From Candidatus Latescibacterota bacterium (GTDB taxonomy: Bacteria > Latescibacterota > UBA2968), in assembly GCA_038279365.1 (NCBI GenBank), contig JAYODI010000114.1:1-14321 (forward strand): DNA of 14,321 bases. The letters run 5' to 3'. A model generated the notes under the pieces. That model was not told the DNA's origin and made no database searches. It saw nothing but the letters and a program-made list of their open reading frames with translations. Positions 1-7,528 of the stretch are shown piece by piece. Positions within the stretch are counted from its first letter, which is position 1, and every line of letters begins with the position of its first letter. A program made the translations under genes and the position numbers.

Positions 1-951
1 CTTCCAAACTATGTTTATTACAACTCTACGACCTCTCCGCAATACGACTTTATGGCCTTTCGCCAATTCCCTTTTATAGAACTTAGAGACAAACGGCTCA
101 TATGTGTCAACCCAGCTTTTGCCATAGATAAAACAAATAGCGGTATTTTTCATATCATTGGGGACGCTCTACGCAGAATGGGAGAATCACAGAAACTATA
201 TAATGCGTGGGGGCTGATCTTTGAAAAATACGTGAACGAAATATTCGAAAATGTTTATCCTTCTGCATCAAACCGTTTCTTCGCATCTCCTATGTTTGAT
301 AATTCTTCTGATGAAATAGCCGATGGCCTCATCGATTACGGCGTCGATATCATAATGCTCGAATATAAAGCTTCTCAATTGAGTATAGAAGCTAAATACA
401 AAGGTGATGCAGGTTTACTTTCTCGTGAAATCCAAGAGAAATTTGGCTTATCCAGAAATAATGCAAAAGGTATTGCACAAATAGCTCGGAATATTAGAAA
501 CCTGTTTGGTCTTGGAAATAGCCAAGCTAGACCATACTCCCAACTACCAGTGAATAGCATCAGTAATGTCTTCCCAGTTCTGATCGTGCTTGATGAGAGT
601 CTGGGCACCCCATTGATGAATTGGAAACTGAATTCGGCATTCGAGTCCATTATAGGCAGATGGCTTGTGCCTAACTCTCTACCCCAAATTAAACCATTAA
701 CCGTCATTACACTTGAAGATCTCGAAGTTCTCGCTCCAAACTTACAGAGTAGATTAAGTTTACTTGATTGTTTGACTCTAAAATGTGATGCACAAGAAAA
801 TCTCCGTGTGCCATTTCAAGATTTTATGAGAGTGAACTTTTACCAAGGAGGAGCAGACAGAAACACCTTCCTGGAGAATCGGTATACCGCATTTTCTCAG
901 AGAATAAATACTCTTTTCTTTGGCCAAGATCACGGCCCAATAAATGGATAG
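1..951 (+). CDS. 5'-truncated hypothetical protein with a PD-(D/E)xK (restriction-endonuclease/NERD-like) nuclease domain
   Basis: Frame is open from base 1 (LPNYVYYNSTTSPQYDF-MAF...), so the ATG at 52 is probably internal. Motif order WGLIFEKYV ... EIADGLI ... IMLEYKAS fits E...D...ExK. Three hand-counted 60-nt lines are 32-40% GC versus 50% in one line sampled at 6541. Confidence 0.65.
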   Translation, partial: LPNYVYYNSTTSPQYDFMAFRQFPFIELRDKRLICVNPAFAIDKTNSGIFHIIGDALRRMGESQKLYNAWGLIFEKYVNEIFENVYPSASNRFFASPMFDNSSDEIADGLIDYGVDIIMLEYKASQLSIEAKYKGDAGLLSREIQEKFGLSRNNAKGIAQIARNIRNLFGLGNSQARPYSQLPVNSISNVFPVLIVLDESLGTPLMNWKLNSAFESIIGRWLVPNSLPQIKPLTVITLEDLEVLAPNLQSRLSLLDCLTLKCDAQENLRVPFQDFMRVNFYQGGADRNTFLENRYTAFSQRINTLFFGQDHGPING

Positions 952-1043
952 CGCGTGCTCTTTCACCGCCCTGAATGAAAATACTTATAGTGGCGGAAGC
1001 CTCCCCAGAACAGCGTGCAACTTTCTCTAAGCAGTTGCAAGGA

Positions 1044-1229
1044 CTATTTTTCGTATTTTATGCCTTTCCATTTGGCATTGATAATGGCCTTTGCTTCGGT
1101 CTTGCTAATGGGGTTGCCAGATAGATCTCGGAAGACATATTGTGGACGCACCTAATTTGGTTTTGCCTGTTTAAGTTCCTTCAACAAGTGGTGGATACGG
1201 GGTAATAACTTAGCAATCGCCCCAACACC
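1044..1229 (-). pseudogene. Probable C-terminal remnant of an IS110-family transposase
   Basis: Minus frame reads GVGAIAKLLPRIHHLLKELKQAKPN*VRPQYVFRDLSGNPISKTEAKAIINAKWKGIKYEK* with an internal TAG at 1152-1154. This resembles, from memory, the tail of one IS110 subgroup (AVxAVAxxLLxRIxxVL ... PYxxRDxxGxPIxxxEAxAIIxxxW). No start or N-terminal domains present. Confidence 0.5.
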
Positions 1230-1241
1230 ACCCAGAAAAAC

Positions 1242-1281
1242 ATAGCGTGTAAAACCAAATTTATGCGCTATCTTATTTTTT
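1242..1281 (+). terminator. Terminator-like hairpin
   Basis: ATAGCGTGTAAA (1242-1253) pairs with TTTATGCGCTAT (1260-1271), 12 bp including two G-U pairs, 6-nt loop, followed by CTTATTTTTT. Confidence 0.4.
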
Positions 1282-1298
1282 GTAACGGGAGACATTCT

Positions 1299-1832
1299 AT
1301 GCAGAGAACAGAGGTAAGTATTCGCCCTCTCGAACTCAGCGATGCCGACGGAGTACAACGCTATGCGTCAGAAGAACCTGTTGCTCGAACGACCTCGATT
1401 CCGCACCCCTATCCAGAGAACGGTGGAAAAAACTTTGTAAAGGCGAAAATCAATGCACGAGAAAAGCGGGAAACATTTCCATTTGCTATAATTGCAGATG
1501 AAGAGATGATAGGTATAGTTGACCTCAACAGAGCCAACTTTGAGACGCGAGAAATCCATGTAGACTTTGGTATCGTCTCCGCCTATTGGGGGAAGGGGAT
1601 TACAACCAAAGCGGTTTCAACTGCACTATCCTATGCCTTTACTGAACTCCAGATGGAAACTGTTCACTCAGGATGTCTTGCTAATAACCGTGGCTCTTGT
1701 CGTGTTTTAGAGAAAAACGGTTTTTCAAAAATAGGTGAATACACCCTGAAGGTGCCAAAGTTCAAAGGTGAAATTTCCTATCGTTTCAAACTCACAAAAC
1801 AAGAGTGGGAACAATCCAACTCAAAGCAATAG
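1299..1832 (+). CDS. GNAT N-acetyltransferase, RimJ/RimL family (177 aa)
   Basis: Acetyl-CoA motif YWGKGITTKA and NRGSCRVLEKNGF. GGAGA at 1288-1292 favours ATG 1299 (MQRTEVSIRPL) over 1263. Confidence 0.9.
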   Translation: MQRTEVSIRPLELSDADGVQRYASEEPVARTTSIPHPYPENGGKNFVKAKINAREKRETFPFAIIADEEMIGIVDLNRANFETREIHVDFGIVSAYWGKGITTKAVSTALSYAFTELQMETVHSGCLANNRGSCRVLEKNGFSKIGEYTLKVPKFKGEISYRFKLTKQEWEQSNSKQ

Positions 1833-1896
1833 AAAATCAAAGACAAAAAAGTGTCTATGATGCACGCTTTGCTGTTGCCCTGATCTCTTGGATAAA

Positions 1897-2085
1897 ATGA
1901 CAGACCACCCCTTCGCAACAAACTGGGTCATGGCACTTGGCCTTGTTGCCATCGGTGTGGCTATTTGTGCTTCTGGTATTTATATTGGAGACACCGACGA
2001 CGCGCCTGGTGCAGCTCTTCTTGGCATCTTGTTGATGGTTGGCACTGTGATACTTGGTGTGTGGATGGTGCGCCGCAAGTCATAA
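1897..2085 (+). CDS. Small two-TM hairpin membrane protein (62 aa)
   Basis: Two hydrophobic helices joined by an acidic GDTDDAPG loop, with a basic RRKS tail. Start is ATG 1897 or TTG 1888. Confidence 0.75.
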   Translation: MTDHPFATNWVMALGLVAIGVAICASGIYIGDTDDAPGAALLGILLMVGTVILGVWMVRRKS

Positions 2086-2175
2086 AATAGATCCAGACGT
2101 TTTGAATAAACGAGATGATGCACATGTCTGAATCTGCTGGTCAAATCTTTTTGCTTCCGACTTATCGAATACATC

Positions 2176-2697
2176 ATGATCATTGCTGAAACAAAGCGCC
2201 TCCTGCTCAGGTCGTTTACGTTTGCCGATTGGGATGCGATGAATGGCGTTTTTGGCGATCCAGAAGTGATGCACTTTGGTGATGGCATCCAAACGCCCGA
2301 ATGGGTTCACAACTGGCTTTGCCATTGTCTTGAAAGCGATCGGCAAAAAACAAAAACAGGACCTTGGGCGGTGGTTCAGAAAAATTGCACCCAAGCAATG
2401 GGTTATTGTGGTTTGTTTTACTTTCCAGATGTATGTGGTCAGCCAGAAATGGAGATCGGTTACCGATTGGCGCGGCCCTACTGGGGGTTGGGGTATGCAA
2501 CTGAAGCGGCGCGGGCTGTGCGAGACTATGCATTTGACACCTTGCATCTGACTCGGTTAATTGCGATGATTGACCCACAAAATGTCGCTTCTATTCGGGT
2601 GGCAGAAAAATTAGGTATGCAGTATGAGAAGGACGTGATGTTTGAAGGGTATACCCACCCCGATCATGTTTATGTGGTTGAACGCAAGGCATCATAA
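2176..2697 (+). CDS. GNAT N-acetyltransferase, RimJ/RimL family (173 aa)
   Basis: ETKRLLLR, EIGYRLARPYWGLGYATEAA and NVASIRVAEKLGM motifs. Confidence 0.93.
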   Translation: MIIAETKRLLLRSFTFADWDAMNGVFGDPEVMHFGDGIQTPEWVHNWLCHCLESDRQKTKTGPWAVVQKNCTQAMGYCGLFYFPDVCGQPEMEIGYRLARPYWGLGYATEAARAVRDYAFDTLHLTRLIAMIDPQNVASIRVAEKLGMQYEKDVMFEGYTHPDHVYVVERKAS

Positions 2698-2731
2698 AAA
2701 GTGTAAAAGAAAATAAACGCAGGAGGTTGTT

Positions 2732-3463
2732 ATCCAATTTCGAGTTGCTGCATTTAATGTTCAGGTGGGTCGGTGTGCCGCCGCAGAAGAAATCGGAGAG
2801 GCACTCAAACCTTATGATTTGGATGTGGTCTGTTTTTCTGAGGCTCCTCTTGGGGGTTGGACCAAACGGGCAGGGGCTGTTTTGGGTATGGCCCATGTGA
2901 TTGAGGGAAAGTATTCGACGGCTGGTCACGAAGACAAATACAAAACCATTGCGAGCAAAACACCGCTCTATGGCTACGAAGAAATCTTAATGGCCGACAC
3001 CCTTCATACTGCAACCAAAGCTTTTACCCAAATAAATGGCAAAGCCATTGCCATCTATTCTGTGCATTTCCCATTTGGGTGGCGCGATCAGGCCCACATT
3101 GATGAAACCACAGGAAAAATAACGGCCTTTGTCCATTATTTAAAAGAACGATCAGCAGAAGAAACGGCTGTTGTTATGGGTGATTTTAACTTTACACCAT
3201 CGGGCCCTAATGGCCACAACATGTATCATGACATGTTTATGGACATCGGTTTGAATGTCAGTTGGAAAGATTTAAACATGGACCTTTCCAAACGCAACAC
3301 ATGTCGCCTGTTTGAACCTGAAAGCGAACGCCATGGCCATGTGATTGATCACATTATGTATCATTCGCAAAAAATAAAAGCAACAGATGGAGACATTATT
3401 GAGCTGGAAAAGCCCTTATCAGATCACAAACCTATCTGGGCATCGTTGGAACTTAAGATATGA
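2732..3463 (+). CDS. Endonuclease/exonuclease/phosphatase (EEP) family protein
   Basis: Motifs FRVAAFNV (2738-2761), DLDVVCFSE, VVMGDFN, IDHIMY and SDHKP. The first motif lies upstream of the GTG at 2765. AGGAGGT at 2721-2727 points to ATC at 2732 as the start. Confidence 0.85.
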   Translation: MQFRVAAFNVQVGRCAAAEEIGEALKPYDLDVVCFSEAPLGGWTKRAGAVLGMAHVIEGKYSTAGHEDKYKTIASKTPLYGYEEILMADTLHTATKAFTQINGKAIAIYSVHFPFGWRDQAHIDETTGKITAFVHYLKERSAEETAVVMGDFNFTPSGPNGHNMYHDMFMDIGLNVSWKDLNMDLSKRNTCRLFEPESERHGHVIDHIMYHSQKIKATDGDIIELEKPLSDHKPIWASLELKI

Positions 3464-3567
3464 TACGCTCAGAAAATTTATGATCATATGAGGCGTAAAA
3501 ACGAGCCGTACCTTTGTAGATGTTCAACGTTCATAAATAACGATGACGCATTCAGAAGGAAAAAAGG

Positions 3568-5043
3568 ATGAGCTTATTCAAAGCTGTTGCACCACCAGAA
3601 GATCGTGTGCAGGTTTATAAAAAAAATCCGCGTTACATTCAATATCGCGGAGCGCCCATTTTTTTGGTGGGGTGTAATCAGGGATGGACGGTGTCATTAC
3701 AAACGCAAGATCATGACTACAGGCACGAATTTGATGAACTGCACAAAGTGGGCGGTAATCTGGTGCGCATCACACCGTTTTTGCCTCCCACAGTGGATGA
3801 TCCAGATCGTTTTAATGACCAGAAAAACAATTATCCGTGGCGACGAGAAGGGCAACACTATCATTTGGATTTGGAACGCGATGGTGGCAATCCCACATTT
3901 TGGAATCGCCTAACCGATCTGGTGCACTATGCCTATGAACGCGACATCATCATCTCATTTGAGTTTTGGGATCTCTACGGGCCTGCCCGTGGGCCTGGTG
4001 GCAACCAAAATTTTCAAACGCCACCGGGTGATCGGTGGAGCGCACATCCTTTTTTTCCCGGAAACAGCCCCGACCTCACGGGGCAAGACATGTTGCCTGC
4101 ACAAACCCATATGAAAGACATCTCCTATTGCCACACGGTTACCAAGGGGCAATATGCCAAAGCGCTGCACTTTCAAGAGCAATACGTACGCAAAATGCTC
4201 GATGTGTTAAGCCCATATCCAAATGTGATGTACTGTATGGTGAATGAATCTTCGGCTGCAAAAGCTTGGAGCGATTATTGGCTCACATTTACACACACCT
4301 ACTTTGATACCGTTTGGGAAGGCGCGCCTCATTTGGCCGGGGAGATGCCCAGAGAATTTTCATTTACCGAAAACTTTACGGTTGAACAAATGGTTGACGA
4401 CCCCATCTATGGTTTTGCAGATGTGTCACAATATTGCCAAGGCAAAGGGTTAAGAGAAATTCAAAATGTCAAAAAAAACCTGACCACGTTTTATCAGTAC
4501 ACAGAACAAACCAAACAATTCAAACCACTGACGTGCATGAAAATCTACAACCGCGACGCCACAGATGTGTTGTGGATGCGGTTGCTGTCGGGTTCGGCAT
4601 CGGCACGTTATCACCGCACACTCAACAATGCTGGCAATTACAAACCGCCCGAAGGTGTTGACCCTGTTGCGTTACAGCTTTCGTGTGTGGGGCGTGTGGT
4701 TGACTTTTTAAGAGAAACAGGTTTCAAACCCTGGGAGGCCTATCCCGATCACGGCATTGTTGTTGAAACCAATGGCGTGGGTGAAACCCTATCCATGTGT
4801 ATCAAAGACAGACGCACCTGTGTGTTGTTGGCCTATTGTGTGGCAGACGATGTTCCCCACGAGCGATCTGTAACACTCTCCCTGCCAAATGGTTCATATC
4901 AATTTTTTTGGTATAGCCCATCAGCAGACATGCGCACCGAAAATAAAACCCTATCCGTTGAGGCATCAAACACGGCCCAATTTGATGTGCCCAATGGTTC
5001 TGCTTTTGTCAGCGCCGTGTTATATGTGTCACCCAGTGAATGA
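3568..5043 (+). CDS. Putative clan GH-A-like (TIM-barrel) glycoside hydrolase with C-terminal beta-sandwich (491 aa)
   Basis: GGNLVRI, FWNRLTDLVHYAYERDII and NVMYCMVNE (NE acid/base-like) motifs. C-terminal LSLPNGSYQFFWYSP beta domain. AAGG directly before the ATG. No signal peptide evident. Confidence 0.65.
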   Translation: MSLFKAVAPPEDRVQVYKKNPRYIQYRGAPIFLVGCNQGWTVSLQTQDHDYRHEFDELHKVGGNLVRITPFLPPTVDDPDRFNDQKNNYPWRREGQHYHLDLERDGGNPTFWNRLTDLVHYAYERDIIISFEFWDLYGPARGPGGNQNFQTPPGDRWSAHPFFPGNSPDLTGQDMLPAQTHMKDISYCHTVTKGQYAKALHFQEQYVRKMLDVLSPYPNVMYCMVNESSAAKAWSDYWLTFTHTYFDTVWEGAPHLAGEMPREFSFTENFTVEQMVDDPIYGFADVSQYCQGKGLREIQNVKKNLTTFYQYTEQTKQFKPLTCMKIYNRDATDVLWMRLLSGSASARYHRTLNNAGNYKPPEGVDPVALQLSCVGRVVDFLRETGFKPWEAYPDHGIVVETNGVGETLSMCIKDRRTCVLLAYCVADDVPHERSVTLSLPNGSYQFFWYSPSADMRTENKTLSVEASNTAQFDVPNGSAFVSAVLYVSPSE

Positions 5044-5052
5044 GGTCATACA

Positions 5053-6369
5053 ATGTCTTTACAAGACAAAATTGAGTATGCTCAAAACAATGTCGCAGAC
5101 TTAGAGCAACTTTATAGACAGGCCGAAGCAGATGGCGAAACGCATGTATTCAAGGAGGCCATTGCACAAGGCATTGCCAAAGAGCCTCAGCACACGCTCT
5201 TTTTGGCTTGGGCTTATCGCCTCAACTTGTTGCCTGAAAATACCGATGTGCATAGTGCCCAACGTACCCACTGGCAAAAGGCCATCGGGATCAGCCTGGT
5301 GCTGGGGTGCTTGTTTTTACTGCTCTCTGGCAACCAACCGCCCGTACCCTTTCCCAACCCCCAAAACCCATATTTTTGGTTGGGGTGGAGCCCTATTCTC
5401 GCATTGGCTGTGCTCACCTTTTTGTCACCTTTAAACCGTGCAAACGTCCCACAATATGGCATATGGGGTATGGTTGTTGTTGGCATAGGTGCCCTCACCG
5501 CACTGGTGTTTTGGCATCAAACGGGTGCCATTGCCGTGTTGGCCGCTCTGCATTTGCCTTTTGTGCTTTGGGCAACCGTTGGCGCCAGTGTGGTCAAACA
5601 GCACAACCATCCCGCCACACAATTTCACGCTTTTTCGGTGAAATCAGTTGAGACCGTTCTCACGGGTGGCATCTATTTTGGTGCCTTTATGATCTTTTTG
5701 ATGCTGACCTATGGCATCTTTTCTGCCCTCAATATCAAAATTGCCGACAGCAACATGCAAAAAGCCGTTGCTTGGGGCCTGGGTGCCATCTCGCTTTTGT
5801 CTCTTGCCAGTGTTTACAACCCCTCTTGTTCACCCACTGCACAAAATTGGACGTCGGGCCTTACGCGTTTGCTGGGTATATTGACCCGCCTGCTTTTGCC
5901 CCTTACACTTGGTGTTTTGGCCATTTACACCTTTTATTTTATTCCTGTCTACTTTTGGCGCCCCTTTGAAGAGCGCGATGTGCTCATTGTCTACAACGCC
6001 ACCATCATCGCCATTCTTGTTCTTATTGCGCTTTCTGTTGCCTATACCGATGGCCAAACTCTGCGGCAACAAACACTTTTGCGCTATGCCTTGCACGTGC
6101 TTGGTTTTTTGACTGGCTTGCTCAATCTGTATGCTCTTGTTGCCATTGTCTATCGCATCAATACCTACGATCTGACACCCAATCGGTATGCTGTTTTGGG
6201 TTGGAATGTGATCACACTGATCATACTTGTTGTGATCGGTGTAACGCTTTGGCGCGCGCAACCCCACACCTGGGCGATCAAACTGCGCGAATCTCTTGCC
6301 CGCATGTCAATTTTTACTGTTGTTTGGGCACTGTGGGTGTTGTTTATTCTGCCCCTTTCATTCCATTAG
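5053..6369 (+). CDS. Polytopic membrane protein, DUF4153-like (438 aa)
   Basis: About 11-12 hydrophobic segments after a soluble N-terminus. RINTYDLTPNRYAVLGWN and RDVLIVYNA resemble DUF4153 members. GAGG SD at 5042-5045. Confidence 0.7.
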   Translation: MSLQDKIEYAQNNVADLEQLYRQAEADGETHVFKEAIAQGIAKEPQHTLFLAWAYRLNLLPENTDVHSAQRTHWQKAIGISLVLGCLFLLLSGNQPPVPFPNPQNPYFWLGWSPILALAVLTFLSPLNRANVPQYGIWGMVVVGIGALTALVFWHQTGAIAVLAALHLPFVLWATVGASVVKQHNHPATQFHAFSVKSVETVLTGGIYFGAFMIFLMLTYGIFSALNIKIADSNMQKAVAWGLGAISLLSLASVYNPSCSPTAQNWTSGLTRLLGILTRLLLPLTLGVLAIYTFYFIPVYFWRPFEERDVLIVYNATIIAILVLIALSVAYTDGQTLRQQTLLRYALHVLGFLTGLLNLYALVAIVYRINTYDLTPNRYAVLGWNVITLIILVVIGVTLWRAQPHTWAIKLRESLARMSIFTVVWALWVLFILPLSFH

Positions 6370-6401
6370 AAGTGACCATTTCATTTGTTAAGGAGTCTGT
6401 G

Positions 6402-7496
6402 ATGATCGACTTTACCAACCGTGACCTTTTTACGCCCGTTACACATCCCGAGTCTGGTGTCGTCATTTATGTCTTAACGCGCAGAGTGGCCCCTTTGCAA
6501 CAGGGGTTTTATTTTGTGAATGACTCCATGAGTGCCGATGGGCGTTACTTATGGTTTTATTGCGCGTTTCCACCTTCATTGGGCCGCACGTTAGGTGTTG
6601 TCGATTTCCAAACAGGCGAGGTGCGCCATTATCCCGAAACACAGTTTGGCGGGCCTTATGTTGCACCCGAAACAGGCTTTGCCTATTGGATGCATGGGAA
6701 AACCCTCTGGCGTCGTGGTCCACAAGCCGACGCCGAAGTTGAACAACTCAATGAAATACCCAGCGAACTCATTGGCTCTCGCAGTGCTGGGTCACCCACC
6801 CATCTTACCCGTTCTGCCGATGGCAAATCTTTCTTTATCGACATGTCTGTTGGGCTGCAATATATCTACGGCAGCTTGCCCATCGACGGGAGTGACTTCG
6901 AACTCTGGCATCGCATGGACCGCAATTATAACCACGCACAATTTAGCCCCACAGATCCTGATGTTGCGCTTATTGCTCAAGAATTTCATTCTGATCAAAT
7001 CACCGGCCTGAGACTGCCCATCACCAATCGACTTTGGCTCCTTCACAAAGGTGAAAAACCGCGCCCCATTCTGCGCGAACCCAAATGGGTGACGCACGAA
7101 TGGTGGGACCCAGATGGCGAGCACGTTTGGTGTGTTTGGGGAAATGATACTTGGCGTGTTCGTGTGTCTGATGGCGAGGTGGAACTCATCCCCTTTCCAC
7201 GCCATTGTTGGCACTCACACTGCAGCCACAATGGGAGACTCATCGTTGGCGACTCAAACAACGGCTTCTACCGCGGTTGCGCGTCGTTGGTTCACTTTCT
7301 CAACCGCGATACCAACAAGGTCATCACCTTGGCCGAACATGCAGAGCGCCATGACTATTCGGGTAGAAACTACCACATCGACCCCCATCCGCGCTTTGTT
7401 GCCCAAGACCGCTATGTGGTTTTTACCACCACTGTGCTGGGCGAAATAGATGTGGCACTCGTGCCTGTTGAATCACTGCTTGAACACACGCAATAA
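6402..7496 (+). CDS. Oligogalacturonate lyase (PL22)-like beta-propeller protein (364 aa)
   Basis: FYFVNDSMSADGRYLWF, NHAQFSP, THEWW and terminal DPHPRF motifs. AAGGAG at 6390-6395 supports ATG 6402 (or GTG 6399). The 6201 start would overlap the upstream gene. Confidence 0.75.
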   Translation: MIDFTNRDLFTPVTHPESGVVIYVLTRRVAPLQQGFYFVNDSMSADGRYLWFYCAFPPSLGRTLGVVDFQTGEVRHYPETQFGGPYVAPETGFAYWMHGKTLWRRGPQADAEVEQLNEIPSELIGSRSAGSPTHLTRSADGKSFFIDMSVGLQYIYGSLPIDGSDFELWHRMDRNYNHAQFSPTDPDVALIAQEFHSDQITGLRLPITNRLWLLHKGEKPRPILREPKWVTHEWWDPDGEHVWCVWGNDTWRVRVSDGEVELIPFPRHCWHSHCSHNGRLIVGDSNNGFYRGCASLVHFLNRDTNKVITLAEHAERHDYSGRNYHIDPHPRFVAQDRYVVFTTTVLGEIDVALVPVESLLEHTQ

Positions 7497-7528
7497 CCCC
7501 GTCTTAGGAAAGCACAAAGGAATTTACC

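Noticed and set aside
1044..1154. TAG recoding or read-through suggested by the in-frame TAG
   Set aside because: TAG is the natural stop of four apparently complete genes here (951, 1832, 6369, 11605). Pseudogenisation is simpler.
1857..2123. ATGATGCAC repeated in two adjacent spacers (1857-1865, 2115-2123)
   Set aside because: TGATGCA also occurs several times inside coding regions (near 405, 786, 2268, 7750, 12023, 12598), so it is probably compositional.
952..2731. Integron cassette array (short co-oriented GNAT-type genes)
   Set aside because: No RYYYAAC...GTTRRRY attC pairs found in the spacers, and the spacers do not resemble one another.
6201..6401. Long N-terminal extension of the PL22-like ORF in the ORF track
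   Set aside because: Overlaps the membrane-protein gene by about 170 nt, is not protein-like, and a good SD precedes 6402.
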